DNA of 64,000 bases from Lama guanicoe (GCA_013239625.1 MU055922.1:8026080-8090079); one strand, 5' to 3'. Numbered from the stretch's first letter, positions 1 through 13,756 are shown. The notes: generated from the letters alone by a model not told the origin. Numbers and translations: made by a program.

Positions 1-40
1 GTAGGGGTGCCAGTGGTGAGGTTGTGTAGCTTGTCGAGTC
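1..40 (-). CDS. TNN: TNN exon 18 (partial, continues beyond the window): fibrinogen globe
   Basis: ttccttttag| then (G)LDKLHNLTTGTP... Confidence 0.92.
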
Positions 41-851
41 CTAAAAGGAAGGAGTGGAATTCCAGTAAGCAGTCAACCCGTGTGTGTGAGCATTCACCAC
101 GAGCACCCGAGACGTGCCTCAGCCTTGACCTCCTCGGCTGCTGGGAGCCGTCCCCATACCTGCTCTACGGGGGGCTCACTTTCTCATCTCGTTGTTTCTT
201 TGGCACAAAGAATGAGAGTGGGGACCATGTCCTCCCTCTGGGAGGGAACAGTGGAGGATAACCATGGGGTAAAGCTGCCCCCGTTGACTCTTTCTCTCTC
301 AAGCAGAAAGCAGTCTGTTTGTCATCCACTTACCTCACCAAGTGGGAGAGGAGACCAACCACTGACTCTAAGGTCACTGAGGGGCTTTTTGTGCCAAGCA
401 AACCACAAACATCATCTATCAGACCCTGAGCATCCAGATTGTTGCTTTTTAATTCTTCATTTCCCAATTGATGCTTTTGACTATTTCATTCTCTATGAAC
501 ATCTGCTCCAGAATAGAGCAAAGGGAGAAGGGGAGAAACACCACCATGATGACTGGCATTACCAGCAGAATTTCAGGGGCTTGTGTGACCTCCCGGTGAG
601 AGCCCAGGATCCCAACCAATCAACTGTTTTTCTACTCCTGAGATTTCTAAGCCATCCAGGCTCTGGACAGATTGTGTGCGGCTTAGATGCACCATAAAGA
701 TCGCCCATCCATGACAGTCCCACCCTCTCCCAAGCCCAGAGACTAGGAGACTCTTCCCAGAGACATGGCCCCACCAACACCGTGGTCAGCAGGTTCCTCA
801 GAGTGTGGAGGGGAAATCTCTCCCTCCTTTATGGAGGCTCAAAGGTCATAC

Positions 852-948
852 CAAGCCAGAACTCCTTCATGGGGTCCCCAAAGCCTTCCACGTAGGTCCG
901 CCAACGTTTGAAGAAATCCAGCTGCCCAGTGTTCCGCCTCTGGAAGAC
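852..948 (-). CDS. TNN: TNN exon 17: fibrinogen globe (not captured in-frame by the ORF track)
   Basis: 97 nt; VFQRRNTGQLDFFKRWRTYVEGFGDPMKEFWL; ctttccag| and G|GTATGA. Confidence 0.95.
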
Positions 949-3900
949 CTGGAAAGGGAGACGGATGTTTCATTCTGACACATCTGAAGAGACGTGACCA
1001 AGTGAAAGAGGACAGTGGTGTGGACTGGGGGCCGTCCCGAGGGTGGACAGAAGGTAAAATTCACAGATGGGGTGATGGATTGGAAGTGGAACTGGGAGCA
1101 GGGAGGAAGTCAGGACTGCCTCTTGGGGTGTGGGCTTACAGCGCTGATGGCTAATTACTCAGCCGTTTCTCAGAGAAAGGGGCTCAGAGAAGACAGTACT
1201 GCTACTGGAAAAAAAAAATCCTGCAGGTAGAGCAGGGCATTTAATGAAAAGAAAGAAAGAGCCTGGAACTCCAGAAGGCTGGAATGGCGTCTCTCCACAC
1301 CCTTTGTGTTTACCAAAAGCAGAAGCCCCAACACAGAGTCCAATCTCCCTCCTTTCCATCATGCTTCATAGACATGCCTTGAAATAAAGCACTTTATCTT
1401 GAATCTGGCGAGGTAAACCTCCTAATACTTGAGCATTCTTGGCATTTTCCCCTGAGAAGAGACACGGAGGGAGGCGAGAGCAGGTTGCCCACGACAATGC
1501 TAAGAGCTCACCGCGAACTTTTGAAGCACCAACCCCTTTTTGCTGGCCCAGGAAGCAAGGAATTAAGGCACCAATGCGTGGGGGTCCCAGGTGGACCACG
1601 GCCCCTCCTTGGCAGGGGTCGGTGAGTCAGTCATTTCTATGCCTGAGCCTCAGTCGGCTTGTTCTCAGACACGGTTAGAAGTGGGAAGGAGGTGTCTGCC
1701 TCGGAGGTGCTGGGAGGGCTCTATGAGACCGTATGTGTGCAAAGGACACAGAGCCTCTGAGCAGGACTTACGGATGGACGGACACAGCAAACAGCAGCCC
1801 ACCGCACTGACACTGCTGTTCCCCCTCCCTCTTCTCACGTGTGCATCTCAGACACGTCCCATCCCTTTCCTGGCTTCCTTCGTTTCTTTTCTTATTCATT
1901 CACTTATGTAACGAGTGTTTATCAAGCATTTGTTAAGGGCTGACTCCAGGGCAAGTATTGCTGCCATTCTACGGATGTGAAAGTTCAAAACAGCAAACAG
2001 CCAGAGTCCCACAGAGAACTCGTCAGCGGCTGACGCCAGGATAAAACACTGCCTCTTCTTTCCATGAGGAAGTTGGAAAACCCCGGCTCTACTGAGCCTG
2101 CTGTTCAGAAAGCATTTCTTAAGAGTCTGAGGTTAACTGTTCATTTCCTAGCACAGCACCTGTTCCCCTCCTGTCCCTGGGACTACTCCTGTATCACGGA
2201 CAGTGGAATCCTAGGGCAGGTATGGGCACCAGTGTTCGGTTCCACACACATCGCATCAAATTCCATTCTCTCTAATGTAATTAGTTACATTAGAAGATCA
2301 GGCTCCGTCTGATCCTGCCCTCCTAGGACAGATGCTTTACGAAGGCATTTGGTCTCTGTTTCCAATCAATGAACACAGTGCCCAAGCATTTTGTGTGCAT
2401 GTGTGTGTTTTATTAATGCTTCAGCTTGGCTGGGGAAACTCAAAAAAATGGCTCTGGTGCTCTTTGCATCATCATTATTTAGATCCAGCTCTATACTTAC
2501 TAGCGGTGTCCTTGGACAAGTTAGTTAAACTTGACAAGCCTCACTTCTCTGAACTATTAGATCAAGATGTTAATAGCCCATTTGTCATTCTCCTACATCA
2601 AAGCTTCAGCAAGGTCATTAATCACGATAAATCATAAAGTATTGAGGCCAGAGTCTGGCACAGACAGATGTAATAAGTTATTATTATATCTCAATAAAAT
2701 GTTAGTTTGCATCTTATTCTATCAGATTCCAAATGAACTGACCCACAGGGATCATCTGTGCATCCCAATGGGGCAGACTTCACTGACTCACTCAGAATCT
2801 AGTCCATCCCCTTCTATGAGGTGAAAATGCCTTATAATGAACCATCTGGGATGATGAAAGCCCCTTAGCAAATAAGTCTCAAGGGGGAAAAAAAAACCTC
2901 TGTCTGGTTCTATACTACAGAGCTTCACTGCACTCAAGAACTTAGTCCTGAATGACTAAATTGGGAGGAAAAAAAATGAAGATCTCATTTAAATGCTTGT
3001 AGAAAGAGCTTCTAATGTAGTCCTTAAGACCTGCAAGATGGAAAACAAAAATGGAAATATTTAAGATACTCAAGTGTTCCCTGATGGTCTCCATTCCACC
3101 CTCCCACCCATAGCCTCAGTCACCCTCAAGGCAGAGTTCTTCTGGCCTGTTCATCAAATTGGGTCCCTCCTGCCTGGGATGGAGAAGCATTTCCTTAAAA
3201 AGATTTGAGAAGCTCGATTTATAAGAGCCATGTACTAAGACCATCCTTCAGTGACGGAAGACTCTTGAACTCCAAAAAACCTGGAGACTGTCAGTAAAAG
3301 ATTCGGTGGAGAAGTTTTCAGGATTCCATATGTGTTCTGGAGCATGGTGGCTTTGAGGAGAACCCTACAGGATCTCAGCTTGTACTACCTTCAGGAGTCT
3401 GGGTCAGAAAACAAGGCTTGGGAGCAGGTTGGGGACTGGTGTTGATTCAGACCCAGAGTGATTTTGTTATTTCTGGAAGTGACCAGGTCACACGCATGGG
3501 CAAGATGTCCAAGGCCAGCTCCAAGAGGTCAGGGATTTTTGTCTATTTGATTCACTGCTGGTTCTTGAGGATATGAAACAGCACTTGACACACAGGAGGC
3601 ACTCAATGAATATTTGTGGAGAAAATCACGGGTATTCCCAGGCAGACAGACTCGAGGTCTCCTTCTAACAGTTGCCCTGGACACACATCTCCTTCTCTAT
3701 GTGAGGCTGGCTTTCAAAAAGGCCACCCAAGACAGTACAAACATCCTGCCAGTGGTCAACTAGGGGGACAAAGGCAGGGAACTGGCTTCAAGCCTGAAGG
3801 GACAGGACGCTTAGCTGAGAAACAGCAGGTGCAGCCCTGTGAGCCTGGTCAGGTGGAAGACCTCCCACATTACATTCTGTTCCATTACTTTTATAAGTCA

Positions 3901-4964
3901 GTCAGGAATCTCCTCCATCCAACCCAATTACTGCCTTTCAGCCACAGGATGCAGCTGTGCGGATGATAAGTTTTCTTCTTGGTTGCTTATCAGATGGTCT
4001 CATTTTATCCACGGCTGCTCGAGTGTCTGTGGATTCCCAGGCCCCTGAGCGAACGTGTACATGTGCACAGTTCGAGCTCTCTGAGACCGTGCTTTCTCCT
4101 TCCCACAGTGAGTGGTGGATGCACAGCGGGGAAGGCTGCTTTGGGGCAGCGAGAGCCTCCCTCTGTTCAGGCACAGGGCGAAGGGGATCGGGGGGTGGGA
4201 CGGAAAGATCAGATTGAAACTCTCAAAAGCAGCTCATCATGTAATTGGACCAGGCGGATGCAATCAAAGAAGATGCCATGTGGTTTCAGCAGACAATGGC
4301 CCAAGAGAATAAAACCTCCACGCAGAAGAGGGATGATCAGAACATTGCCAAGCTTCCCTCTCTCAGGCTTCAGCTTCTCCTGTCAAAGCTCCAAAGGCTA
4401 TGCTTCTGTACTTTGGAGCCGGAGTGCAGAACTGGGACCACGGACACCAATCCAGAGGACTGAGCTCCTAAAGAGGCCATGTGTTTCCATCTTGGATGGC
4501 CTGAGCTGACCCGTTGGGAAGATCAATGATCTAGGAGGCTGGAGTCCTGAAATCTGGTCCCACCTTGGTCATTACCTCATGTGACTTAGCCAAGGCCTTT
4601 CTCCTTGTGGGCTTCAATTTTCCTATCTATAAAATAGAAATAATAATTTCTTTCACTTACTCTATAGCTTACCTGTGAGGGTCGTGTTTATGAGAGTGCT
4701 TTGCGGAGAGTAAGATGTAGGTGATATACATGTTAAGGACATTAGTAGACAGTGATACCCACAAACCTTCCTGACCATCAGCCTTAGTTTAGCAAAGCTG
4801 AGCTATCCCAGGAGAGAAGTGCTTTGGCCCTGTTCTTACAGTGGGGCGGGATCACTTTAAAAACAGCTGCAAGCCACCAAAGCTCCTCTCTCCCACGGAT
4901 GAAGAAGAAACAGAGCTCCCTCGGCTGAGAAACAAGGCACCGCCCAGGGCTCTGTGTGACTCAC

Positions 4965-5116
4965 AATCCAGCCGCCTCCATCCGTGTCCATGTCACAGTA
5001 CACCTGCAGGGGCCGGCTGGCGTCCCCGTGCAGGTAGATGGTGTAGAGGCCGCTGGCCACGTGTCTGTTCTGCTGAACCTGACTGCAGTCCGCAGGGTGT
5101 GGAAAACGGGCACCAA
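4965..5116 (-). CDS. TNN: TNN exon 16: start of fibrinogen-like globe
   Basis: 152 nt; VGARFPHPADCSQVQQNRHVASGLYTIYLHGDASRPLQVYCDMDTDGGGWI; donor |GTGAGT. Confidence 0.96.
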
Positions 5117-5568
5117 CTGGGAGCCAAGCAGAGAGACAGCAGCATTAGGAGAAGGGCAAGGGCGGAAGGGAGTGGAGCTAGTCCTCTACTTTAAGATAAT
5201 TTATTTTGTTTAGAAATTATTCCGGAACCTCCTGCTACTTTGCTTCTTCCAACTCTTCACTCACATCTTATTTTTCTCACTCACTCTGCTCTCAACAAAC
5301 CCTCCAAATGTTCTGGGAACAAGGTCAAGTTCACATCACTTCCTCCCCCAACCCAACTCCCCCAAAATAATACCCCATTTCACTCCCTTCTTGAGTCTCT
5401 CTACCATGGGATGGATTTCTTTTGAATCCATAACTCCATTTCCATTTCCCCATACCTAGAGAAATCCATAACCCTGTAGCCACTTGCTCCTCCCTGGACA
5501 CCTTTTCTGGCCTCTCCAATGCTTGTCCTCCACCACATTCTCGTTCCGTGTGCAAGAGTCCACATTAC

Positions 5569-5701
5569 CTGTGGAAAGGGTAGTGGATACACTCCTGCTC
5601 CGGCGATCACCCTTCAAGGCAACCAAGGAGATCGGGAGGGTGACACCCTGCTCGAGGCCTTGCAACTCAAACCTCTGGTCCCCTCTTCCGAGCTGCACCT
5701 C
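5569..5701 (-). CDS. TNN: TNN exon 15: last FN3 domain, second part
   Basis: 133 nt, phase 0-1; EVQLGRGDQRFELQGLEQGVTLPISLVALKGDRRSRSVSTTLST. Confidence 0.94.
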
Positions 5702-6773
5702 CTACCAAACAAAGGAGACAGCAGTCAGTCATTCATTTATCGCGCCCAGCAGCCTAGCTGTCAACAGCATTCCCTGGTGCTCACGACCAAAGCTCCCTGG
5801 GAGGGTAGAATTTTGTCTCTTTAAGGGCCACCCAGAACCCCAGGAGGTCCGAGCCCTTCTCCACTGGGCCGCGCCATGGAGACTCAGCACTCCTGGGAGC
5901 TCTAGCTGGGAACCAGCACCTGGCACCGCTGCAGAGGGAGCACCCACTAGGTCTCCTGGAGACCTCTGCCCCCCACCACCCAGATACATGCTGGGACACC
6001 AACTACAGCCACCCCTGCCACACCAGACTGAGAAGTTCACAGGGAAGGTGAAACTGGCCACTGCTGTCTGCGAGGCAGGGAAATAGTTGGTTTTTCAATA
6101 ATCTTTCTTCTGAACCTGTCTGACTCCCTCTGTAAACACAGAGCTAACTTCCCTAGCAGGGCTGTCGTGAGCATTAACTGAGATGATGAGTACATCGAAG
6201 GGCTCTTCCTTTTTTCCTCCCTCCCTTCTTTCTTCCTTGCCAAGGAAAGAGAATAATAATTTTCCACTGGGACAAGTTATGAAAATTTCTGGCCTTCAGG
6301 TTCCAGGTGGGAAGTATAACCCTTGAAATAAGGATTAATCAATTCATTCAATAAATATTTATTGAATACCTACTTTGTGCTTTGTTCCAAGCACTTTAGA
6401 TAAAATAATAGAATAAAACAGACAAAAGTTCCCTGTCCTCATGGGGCTAACATTTATTGGGGAAGGCAGACAACAAATAAAATAACATGGGGCAGATGTG
6501 TGGCCAGCAGATACGTGATGGTCAGATAGAAAGGAGAAGGCACAAAGGAAGAGGGTGGAACTCCTCTAAAGTGGGACCACACGTACGTTGTTCACAAATG
6601 ACCGTGTTTAGCACTGTCGCCTGCACATAGCAGGTGATCGATAAGGATCAACACATTTATCAGCAGGTTGCCATGGAACCAGCTATCAAGCCGGTTGCCC
6701 AAGTGAGTTGCTTCACATGGGGGCAGGGCAGGGGCACAAGAGGAAAGACAAGATGCTCCTTAGCATCCAGTAC

Positions 6774-6904
6774 CTTGACAGTGCCGTCTGGGAACTGGTA
6801 GGTCAAAACATAGCCATCGATCTGAGCGGAGGGAGGTGTCCAGGTCATTATCCCACTAGACTGTGTTACAGCAGACGGACGAAGGTTTTTGGGAGGGTCG
6901 ATGT
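6774..6904 (-). CDS. TNN: TNN exon 14: last FN3 domain, first part
   Basis: 131 nt, phase 1-0; DIDPPKNLRPSAVTQSSGIMTWTPPSAQIDGYVLTYQFPDGTVK. Confidence 0.94.
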
Positions 6905-8213
6905 CTGTATATAAAAAGTCAGGTAATTATTATTACTAAGATAACTAGGGGAAAGGTCATTTTTGAGGTGTTGGCTTATATTTTCTCTCTACACATCCTC
7001 CCATTTCTCTTCCTCCCTTCAAGCAGGTAGCAGGCTCCATTCTTCCTTGCCACAAGGTCTCTAGGACCTGTGTTTCCAAAAGTATACATCCATTGAGGAC
7101 AAGAGGATTAAGGAACAGGGGGTTGGGTGGGTCCCAGAGGGAGTGAACCTGGGCTCCACTTCCCGAGCAGATCCCCAGAGAGTGGTGGATATGAACCATC
7201 TACATTAGCAGACGGGTTCCCTAAGGTGGCAGAGCTCCCCAGGTGGAGTGAGCGAGGCCTGAAAGGGCCCGGCACGCAGAACCAGGGGCACTCAGCGAAC
7301 ACCCACCCGGAAAGATGAATAAAATGAGGGGTGGGCCCCCGCCCCATGCCTGGCCTTGGGAAATGACCCCAGACTACATACAGCCCTGGGGAAGGCGTAT
7401 GACACTAAATTTATTGAGATTTCTAGACAACAAGGAGAATGGGGGCTTATGATGGAAATGAAGTTGGTATAGAACTATAAAGCTCTATTTCTCACATAAC
7501 TAAGTAGCAGGCTTAGGTGTGCACCCTGTACACAACGGGGAAGTGGGGGACGTGCTTGTATAAAGGAGATGAGAAAGGAAGGAAGGGGAGTAGAGATGAG
7601 GGAGAAGCAGGGCCTTTCTTCTGGTTCCTATGCACTTTCCCACCCAAACACCAGAGGGAGAGCGTGGGTGTGCGTACGCTGTAAACCATGAGAAGTAAAG
7701 CTCAGAAAAAATTCTAGTCAACACCACAATAACTGGTCAGATGGCTCAATTTTTTTTAACCGAACAAGATATGAGTGGAAATTTCCATTCTGAAAAATCA
7801 TTATTGTAGAAGGTGATTTTAATTTAGAATTTTCCAAAAAAGATGTCTCCAGGCTATTTTCTTTCCAGTAGCATTTCGGCTGAGAACTGAATTGCAGTGT
7901 TTTAATAGAAATCGGGCAGCTGTTGTTTTGAATTAGGATGTTTTGACAAATTCTGAGTTTCTGTAATATCAGCTTTGGTGTGACGTTCTAAAGCGTAGCA
8001 TCTGGTATGGATTTTATTCCATCCATCACACGGAAAGACTGAATTTCCTGCTTTCAGAATCAAAGCGAAACCTTAACTCTTTATGTGTCTTCAGCTGGCT
8101 TCTGCCACCTGTTTGACTGCTCACCCATCTCCCGGGGTGACAGACTTGAGATGTCTGTCTTAGTTACTTCCACAATTCTATGACCAAGAAAGACTGAAAC
8201 ACTGTTGACTTTT

Positions 8214-8370
8214 AAAATAGGGACAGTGAAGAAAAAAATAGAATAAAATGGGGACAGTGAAGAAAAGAAAAGATAAAGAAGAAAGAGAGGAAGAAAGGAA
8301 TAAGGGAAAGAGGAAGGGAGGGGGAGACAGAGAGAGGAAGGAGGGAGGGGAGAGGGGAGAAGGAGGAAGA
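8214..8370. repeat. Purine-rich low-complexity tract with a short direct repeat (GGGACAGTGAAGAAAA twice)
   Basis: Read directly from sequence. Confidence 0.7.
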
Positions 8371-9158
8371 TGTGGATTCTCTTAGGAGAGCGGCACTGGG
8401 TGTTAGGGAGTCTGGAACGTGGAAACGAGTTTTTCTTTCTATACACCTTTTTTAGTTTAAAATTTTTTACTATAAGCATGTGCTACTTTTTTATTTAAAA
8501 CTTCTGTTCATTGTAAATAACAAAAATAATAAAGAAATTCAAAACACCTCTAATTCCAGTGGCCGCACCTGGTGCACTCGGCCACACAGGGGACAGCCAG
8601 GCCTTGCCCGGACTGTCTGAAGAGGCCAGGGTGGGCTCAGTGATCTTGTCAGGTCCCTCCAAGGCCTGTCTCTGTGATGCTCAGCAAGACCAGAGCCTCA
8701 TCACGCACATAAATTACAAGCAGTCCAGGCCCCTTCGGTCACCAACTGGACAGGGACAGGGAGGGGAGGAGGCTGCTCCTGCTCCGCCACAGCCCCCCAT
8801 CTGGAGATGGGAGCAGAAGAGGCCCCTTGCTTCCCTCTTCTCCAGTCTGGAGCTGAGGGCCAGCCGGGTCCTCACGTCCAGGGCAGAGAGCCCGGGAGCT
8901 GGGCTGGGTGGTGGGGGGTGAGGGACTGCCCCCTGCTCAATCACCTTGAAGAGTCACACAGTTTGACTTTCACACAGCTTCCTCTACATGCTTTCATCTT
9001 AACCTGAACTGTCACGTCAACGTATTATCTCAAAAAGGTGGAAGAATGCCCTCAGGCGAAACAACTGTGCTCCCTGCTCCCCTCCCAGCCCAGATGCGGA
9101 GGAAGACTCTCTCCTGAGAGGTGTGAAGAGTTCGATGTGTCCCTGTCCCTCACAGTAC

Positions 9159-9422
9159 CTGTCAGGGCCGTGGTGTCGGCCTTCCTGCTCTCCCGGTCTC
9201 CCTTCTGGGCCCACACGTGGACCGTGTACTCCACGCCCGGCCTCAGGCCCGTCAGGACGGTGCTGCGCTGCTCCTTGCCCACCGGGACCTCCCTGGCGTC
9301 TCCATCAGCGGAGGTGTAGCGCACCATGTACCTGTCGATGACGGCCTGCACCGGGTCCCAGGAGACGGTGGCCGTGTCCTCTGTCACCCGATCAGTCACC
9401 AGGTTCTGGGGGCTGTCAATTT
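9159..9422 (-). CDS. TNN: TNN exon 13: FN3 repeat copy, intact
   Basis: 264 nt; EIDSPQNLVTDRVTEDT...KADTTALT; tttttaaaaag| and G|GTACT. Confidence 0.93.
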
Positions 9423-9999
9423 CTTTTTAAAAAGGAAAGGCTGAATTTTAGAGCCAAGGGAGGAGATCCCACCACCCCATCACCATTCAAGTTATCTTTA
9501 TTAACAATACGATTCCATTTAAAACATTCCCCAGGGAAACAAGCCACCGCATATTAAACCTGGAAGAGATGAGATCTTCTCCAAGTTTATCAACATGGAA
9601 ATTTTCTCCCCTTCTACAAAAATAAATATAAAAAAGTAAAATAAAAATAAAAATCTCTGAGCAACGGATAAGCCACCCAAATTGTGACTGAAACCACTTC
9701 TTTTGTTATCTCCATGGTATCTAGTTATTTTGTTTCATAGAATTTGAGAGCTCAGAAGCCATATCTTTCAACCTTCTTGTCTTTCATAAAAGGAAAGGAG
9801 AATGGAGACCCAGAGAAATGAAAAGACTTGTCCGAGATCCCGCTGCTTTCTTGTGTTAAAACCTAGACCCTCTTTGCTCTGAATTTTGAGCCCTCCCACC
9901 TTCTCGAGGACTTGGCTCCCTGTCTTCCATCCCCTCTCTCCTACGTCCTCAGTCTTTCCTCCTCCACCATCACACCCAGACAAACATGCTCTAGGCTCT

Positions 10000-11150
10000 C
10001 CCTCTGTAACCCCTTAACCAACAGACTTCTCAGGAGAATTGTCTGCGTATCTTAGCTTCACCCCTCGCCTCCCATCCACCCATCAACTCAGTGAAGTTTG
10101 ACATTTTCTATACCACACACTAAAACCGCTAGTCCAGGTCACCAACAACTTCATGTTGCCAAATCCAGTGGACCCTTGTCATCCTCACCTTGCTCAACCT
10201 TTGAGGAGCATTTGGCTGAGCTGAGCCACTCCCTGTCCTGAGACACTCTCGGCTCTTGGCTTTCATAACCCCATGCTCCCCTGGGTGTCTCCCCACTTTC
10301 TGATTCCTCCTCTTCAGTTCCCCTTTGTCAGCACCCTGAAAATGTTGGGGCGCCCAAGGTTCCCTCCCTTCCTCTCTCTACAAGTGATCTCATCTGTGTC
10401 CATAGCCTTAAATGTCAGCCAGATGCTCATGGCTCCCTACGTACCAGTTCTGAGCTTCTGACTTGTATCTACAGCTGCATATCCACCACAGTGTATTAGA
10501 CACTCAATAAATTATTTGTGGGACCAAGAAAGTAGTCATTCAATTAACCAAGGAATCTCACAAGTATCTCAAGCTTAAATATCTAAAAATCTTAACATTC
10601 CTCCTCAAACGTTTTTATCTCTTAGAAAATGATGCCCCAATCTTCCATGTTGCTCAAGTCAGAAGCATAGGTCATACTTGGTTCCTCATTTTCTTCTTGC
10701 CTCACATCTCATCCATCAACAAATATGGTCATTTATGCCTCCAAAATATGTGCCCAAATGTCCCCTTTTCTCCTACTGCTGCCACACTTGTCCAAATTGT
10801 TGTCATCATCTCTCCCCCAACTTTTATCAGACCATTTTTACTAATCTTCTCCCTTCTACCCTTGTCGTCTCTTCCACTTACTCTCCTCGCTGGAGCCTGA
10901 ATAATCTTTTTCAAATGAATATTGCATCACGCGACTTTTCTTCTAATAAATACAGCACTCTCTCTTTTAGGCACCATGTGGTCCTATATCATCTGACCCT
11001 TCCTCCTTCTCACGTCTTTTCATGCCAGGTTCTCTCCCGCCCTCCAGGCTCCAGAAACCCCAGCCTTTCAGTTCTTCAATCATCTCATGCTGTTCTAGCT
11101 TAGGGCCATCACACATACTCTTCCCTCTGCCCCAAATGGTCAGTTTTTCC
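10000..11150 (+). mobile_element. L2 LINE relic (boundaries approximate)
   Basis: Pyrimidine-rich L2 pattern: GTTGCCAAATCCAGTGG...GCATTTG...CTTGGCTTTCATAAC. Confidence 0.6.
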
Positions 11151-11225
11151 CAATACCCATTCTCCCCTTCTCTACAAGCATGCTGCCCAACAGATCTCTC
11201 TGCCATGATCAAAATAATCTATCAT

Positions 11226-11381
11226 CTGCACTGTCCAATAAAGTAGCAGTTAGTCACATGTGGCTACTGACCATTTGAAATGTGGCTAGTGCAACTGAGA
11301 TAATAATTTTTAAATTACCATTAATTAATTAAAATTTAAATAGCCACATGTTGCTAGTGACTACTGTGTTGGACGGGGCAG
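11226..11381. mobile_element. hAT-Charlie MITE (MER3/MER33-like)
   Basis: Quasi-palindromic CTGCACTGTCCAA...CACATGTGGCTA...TAGCCACATG...TTGGACGGGGCAG. Confidence 0.75.
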
Positions 11382-11394
11382 TATAACAGAATGA

Positions 11395-11730
11395 TACGCT
11401 GGGCACATGGCCCTCCAGCTAAAGACTTTATTTCCCAGGTTCCTTTGAAGTGGGGTCTGGCACCATCTTGGATCTGGCCAGTGGAATGAAGACGTGATGT
11501 GTGCAGTGCAGTCACTCTCCCCTTTCCCATGCCCCTTTCTACTGGCTGGAATGAGGGTGTATGATGACCATGGAGATGTAGGTGATGCCCTAGGAATGGC
11601 TGAGCAACAATACAGAAGGAGCCTGGGTCTCCTGTACCATGGAGCCCCTTACACTCTGACCATTCCACAAAAGAGAAATAAACTTCTTTCTTGTTTCAGC
11701 CACTGTTATTTGGATATTTCTGTCAATATG
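11395..11730 (+). mobile_element. Old MaLR LTR (MLT1I/J-like)
   Basis: TTCCCAGGTTCCTTTG...AGAAGGAGCCTGGGTC...GAGAAATAAACTTCT.TCTTGTTT.AGCCACTG. Confidence 0.6.
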
Positions 11731-12342
11731 TACTTAACCATTATTCACCCCATGCCATCTAAGAAACATCTGTGCCCTGTTCATCTCTATACCCACGCCA
11801 TGGTCATCTCCTTCATAGAACTTACTGTAATGTAGAGTTATAAATGTGTCTGTTGATTGTCTGTCTTTCCCACTGGACTTCAAGACAGTAGGAAACATAC
11901 TTGTTTTGTTCACTACTGTGTCCCAGGCTTGGCACTTAGAAAATGTTCATTAAAATTAGCTGCATTTTGAAATGAACGCAGAGCTCCAGCCACCATAAAA
12001 CAATTCCTTTAAACTGAACACCACAATTATTAAGTCAAACCCACATAAAATAGCTTGCCATGAAACAATTCTTTAATCCAGCATTTTTAGGAATTTTATA
12101 TTAGTTTTACCTTATTCCCTATAAATTCCTATAACTGATAGACACAGGGGTTAAAAACATAGGTGTTGGAAAAGACATTCATGGGATTGCTCAGTACTGA
12201 GCTCATTACTATGCTTTGTTCTTTCTTTAGGTGAACGAAATTTTTACAGCAAACTCTCCTAAAATGGTGCACAGGCCCTGAGGTCACAGTGTATTAGCCC
12301 ACAGTGATAACCCTAGTCTGTTTTTCTCTTCCCTCCTGTTAC

Positions 12343-12606
12343 CTGTCGGGGCCGTGGTGTCGGCCTTCCTGCTCTCCCGGTCTCCCTTCTGCGCCCACAC
12401 GTGGACCGTGTACTCCACGCCCGGCCTCAGGCCTGTCAGGACGGTGCTGCGCTGCTCCTTGCCCACCGGGACCTCCCTGGTGTCTCCATCAGCAGAGGTG
12501 TAGCGCACCATGTACCTGTCAATGACGGCCTGCACCGGGTCCCAGGAGACGGTGGCTGTGTCCTCTGTAACCTGGTCTGTCACCAGGTTTTGGGGGCTGT
12601 CAATGT
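12343..12606 (-). CDS. TNN: TNN exon 12: FN3 repeat copy, intact
   Basis: 264 nt; DIDSPQNLVTDQVTEDT...KADTTAPT; tttcag| and G|GTAAC. Confidence 0.93.
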
Positions 12607-13756
12607 CTGAAAGAAAAAATGCTGATCAACATGCATTACTAACAGGCCACGGAGTGCAGAGACTCATGGCCGTTTTGCTTGGGCTGGCACCCCTTCACGT
12701 GTTGTGGCTTTTCCATCTTGCATGCTCTGTGTCATGGACACACCCCTTCTCTCCCCAGATAGACTTTGACTCCTGAAGAAGAACGCACAGTAGACCAAGT
12801 AGACTATTACCTCTACTAACAGTTCAGCAAAACAAACTTCTCTATTCATTTCACAAGCATACATCAAACATCCAATCTGTACAAGGCAAGAGCTGGCAGT
12901 GTGCAGGGTCCCGTTGAGAAGACGTGGTCCCTGCTCACAAGCAGCTAATAATTTTGTTTCTAGCATCATGTCAATATAGGCCTCCCATTTCATACAAGAA
13001 GATGCTAACTGCCAGATGCAAGTATAAGCTCCCAGAGGAGGAGGGCTGTATTCTATTCCCCTGGGGGCTCCCACTGCCTAGTAGAGAAACGGGCATGTGG
13101 AAAGTGCTCAGTACACATTGCTAAATGAATCAACAAAGTTAAAATCCAGTTTTAATATTCTTTAGCATATCATAGATTCACTGGCAATGCTGGCTTACTG
13201 GTTGAATCACTGTACAGAAATATAGTCATATGTCAAAATACAGTCATATATCTCTTTCACAATAAGATAAGAATATAACATAGAAGTTCTCCTTATCCTC
13301 AAAACCAAAATAATCATATGACTCATTTACAGTAAAGCAAACCACATACATCTACTTGCTCTAGTAGATGTAAAGTCTACTTTTTTAAACTTGAACTTTG
13401 AACATATAGATATTAACATTTGACTTTCATCTCCTGTTACTAATCACAAACTCAATAGGAGACCCTCAACACTGCCCACAACAAAAGATTCACGCTCTCA
13501 GAGGAGCAGTGTGGCTGGACATGACCATCCAGCCAGGCCATACTTGTAGCTTGGAGACTGTCAGGTGGACATGACTTGTAAGGATGCCAGTTAAACGGAA
13601 GTAAGGGATGATGTGTGCAGCCTATTATGAAGGAACACCAACCTGCTCTTCCATAAATCATCAGTTCTGCCAGTGTCAGAACAGGAAAACAAAACTCGAC
13701 CAGCCACAGGCTTAGCACGACAGGGCTAACACTCCCAAAGAATGATGCTCTGTTAC

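Noticed and set aside
80-697. 205-aa plus-strand ORF and other long ORFs (5484-6086, 27076-27666, 43824-44540, 44035-44589)
   Set aside because: No recognisable domain or splice context; they sit in or antisense to TNN introns and exons and are expected by chance in GC-rich DNA.
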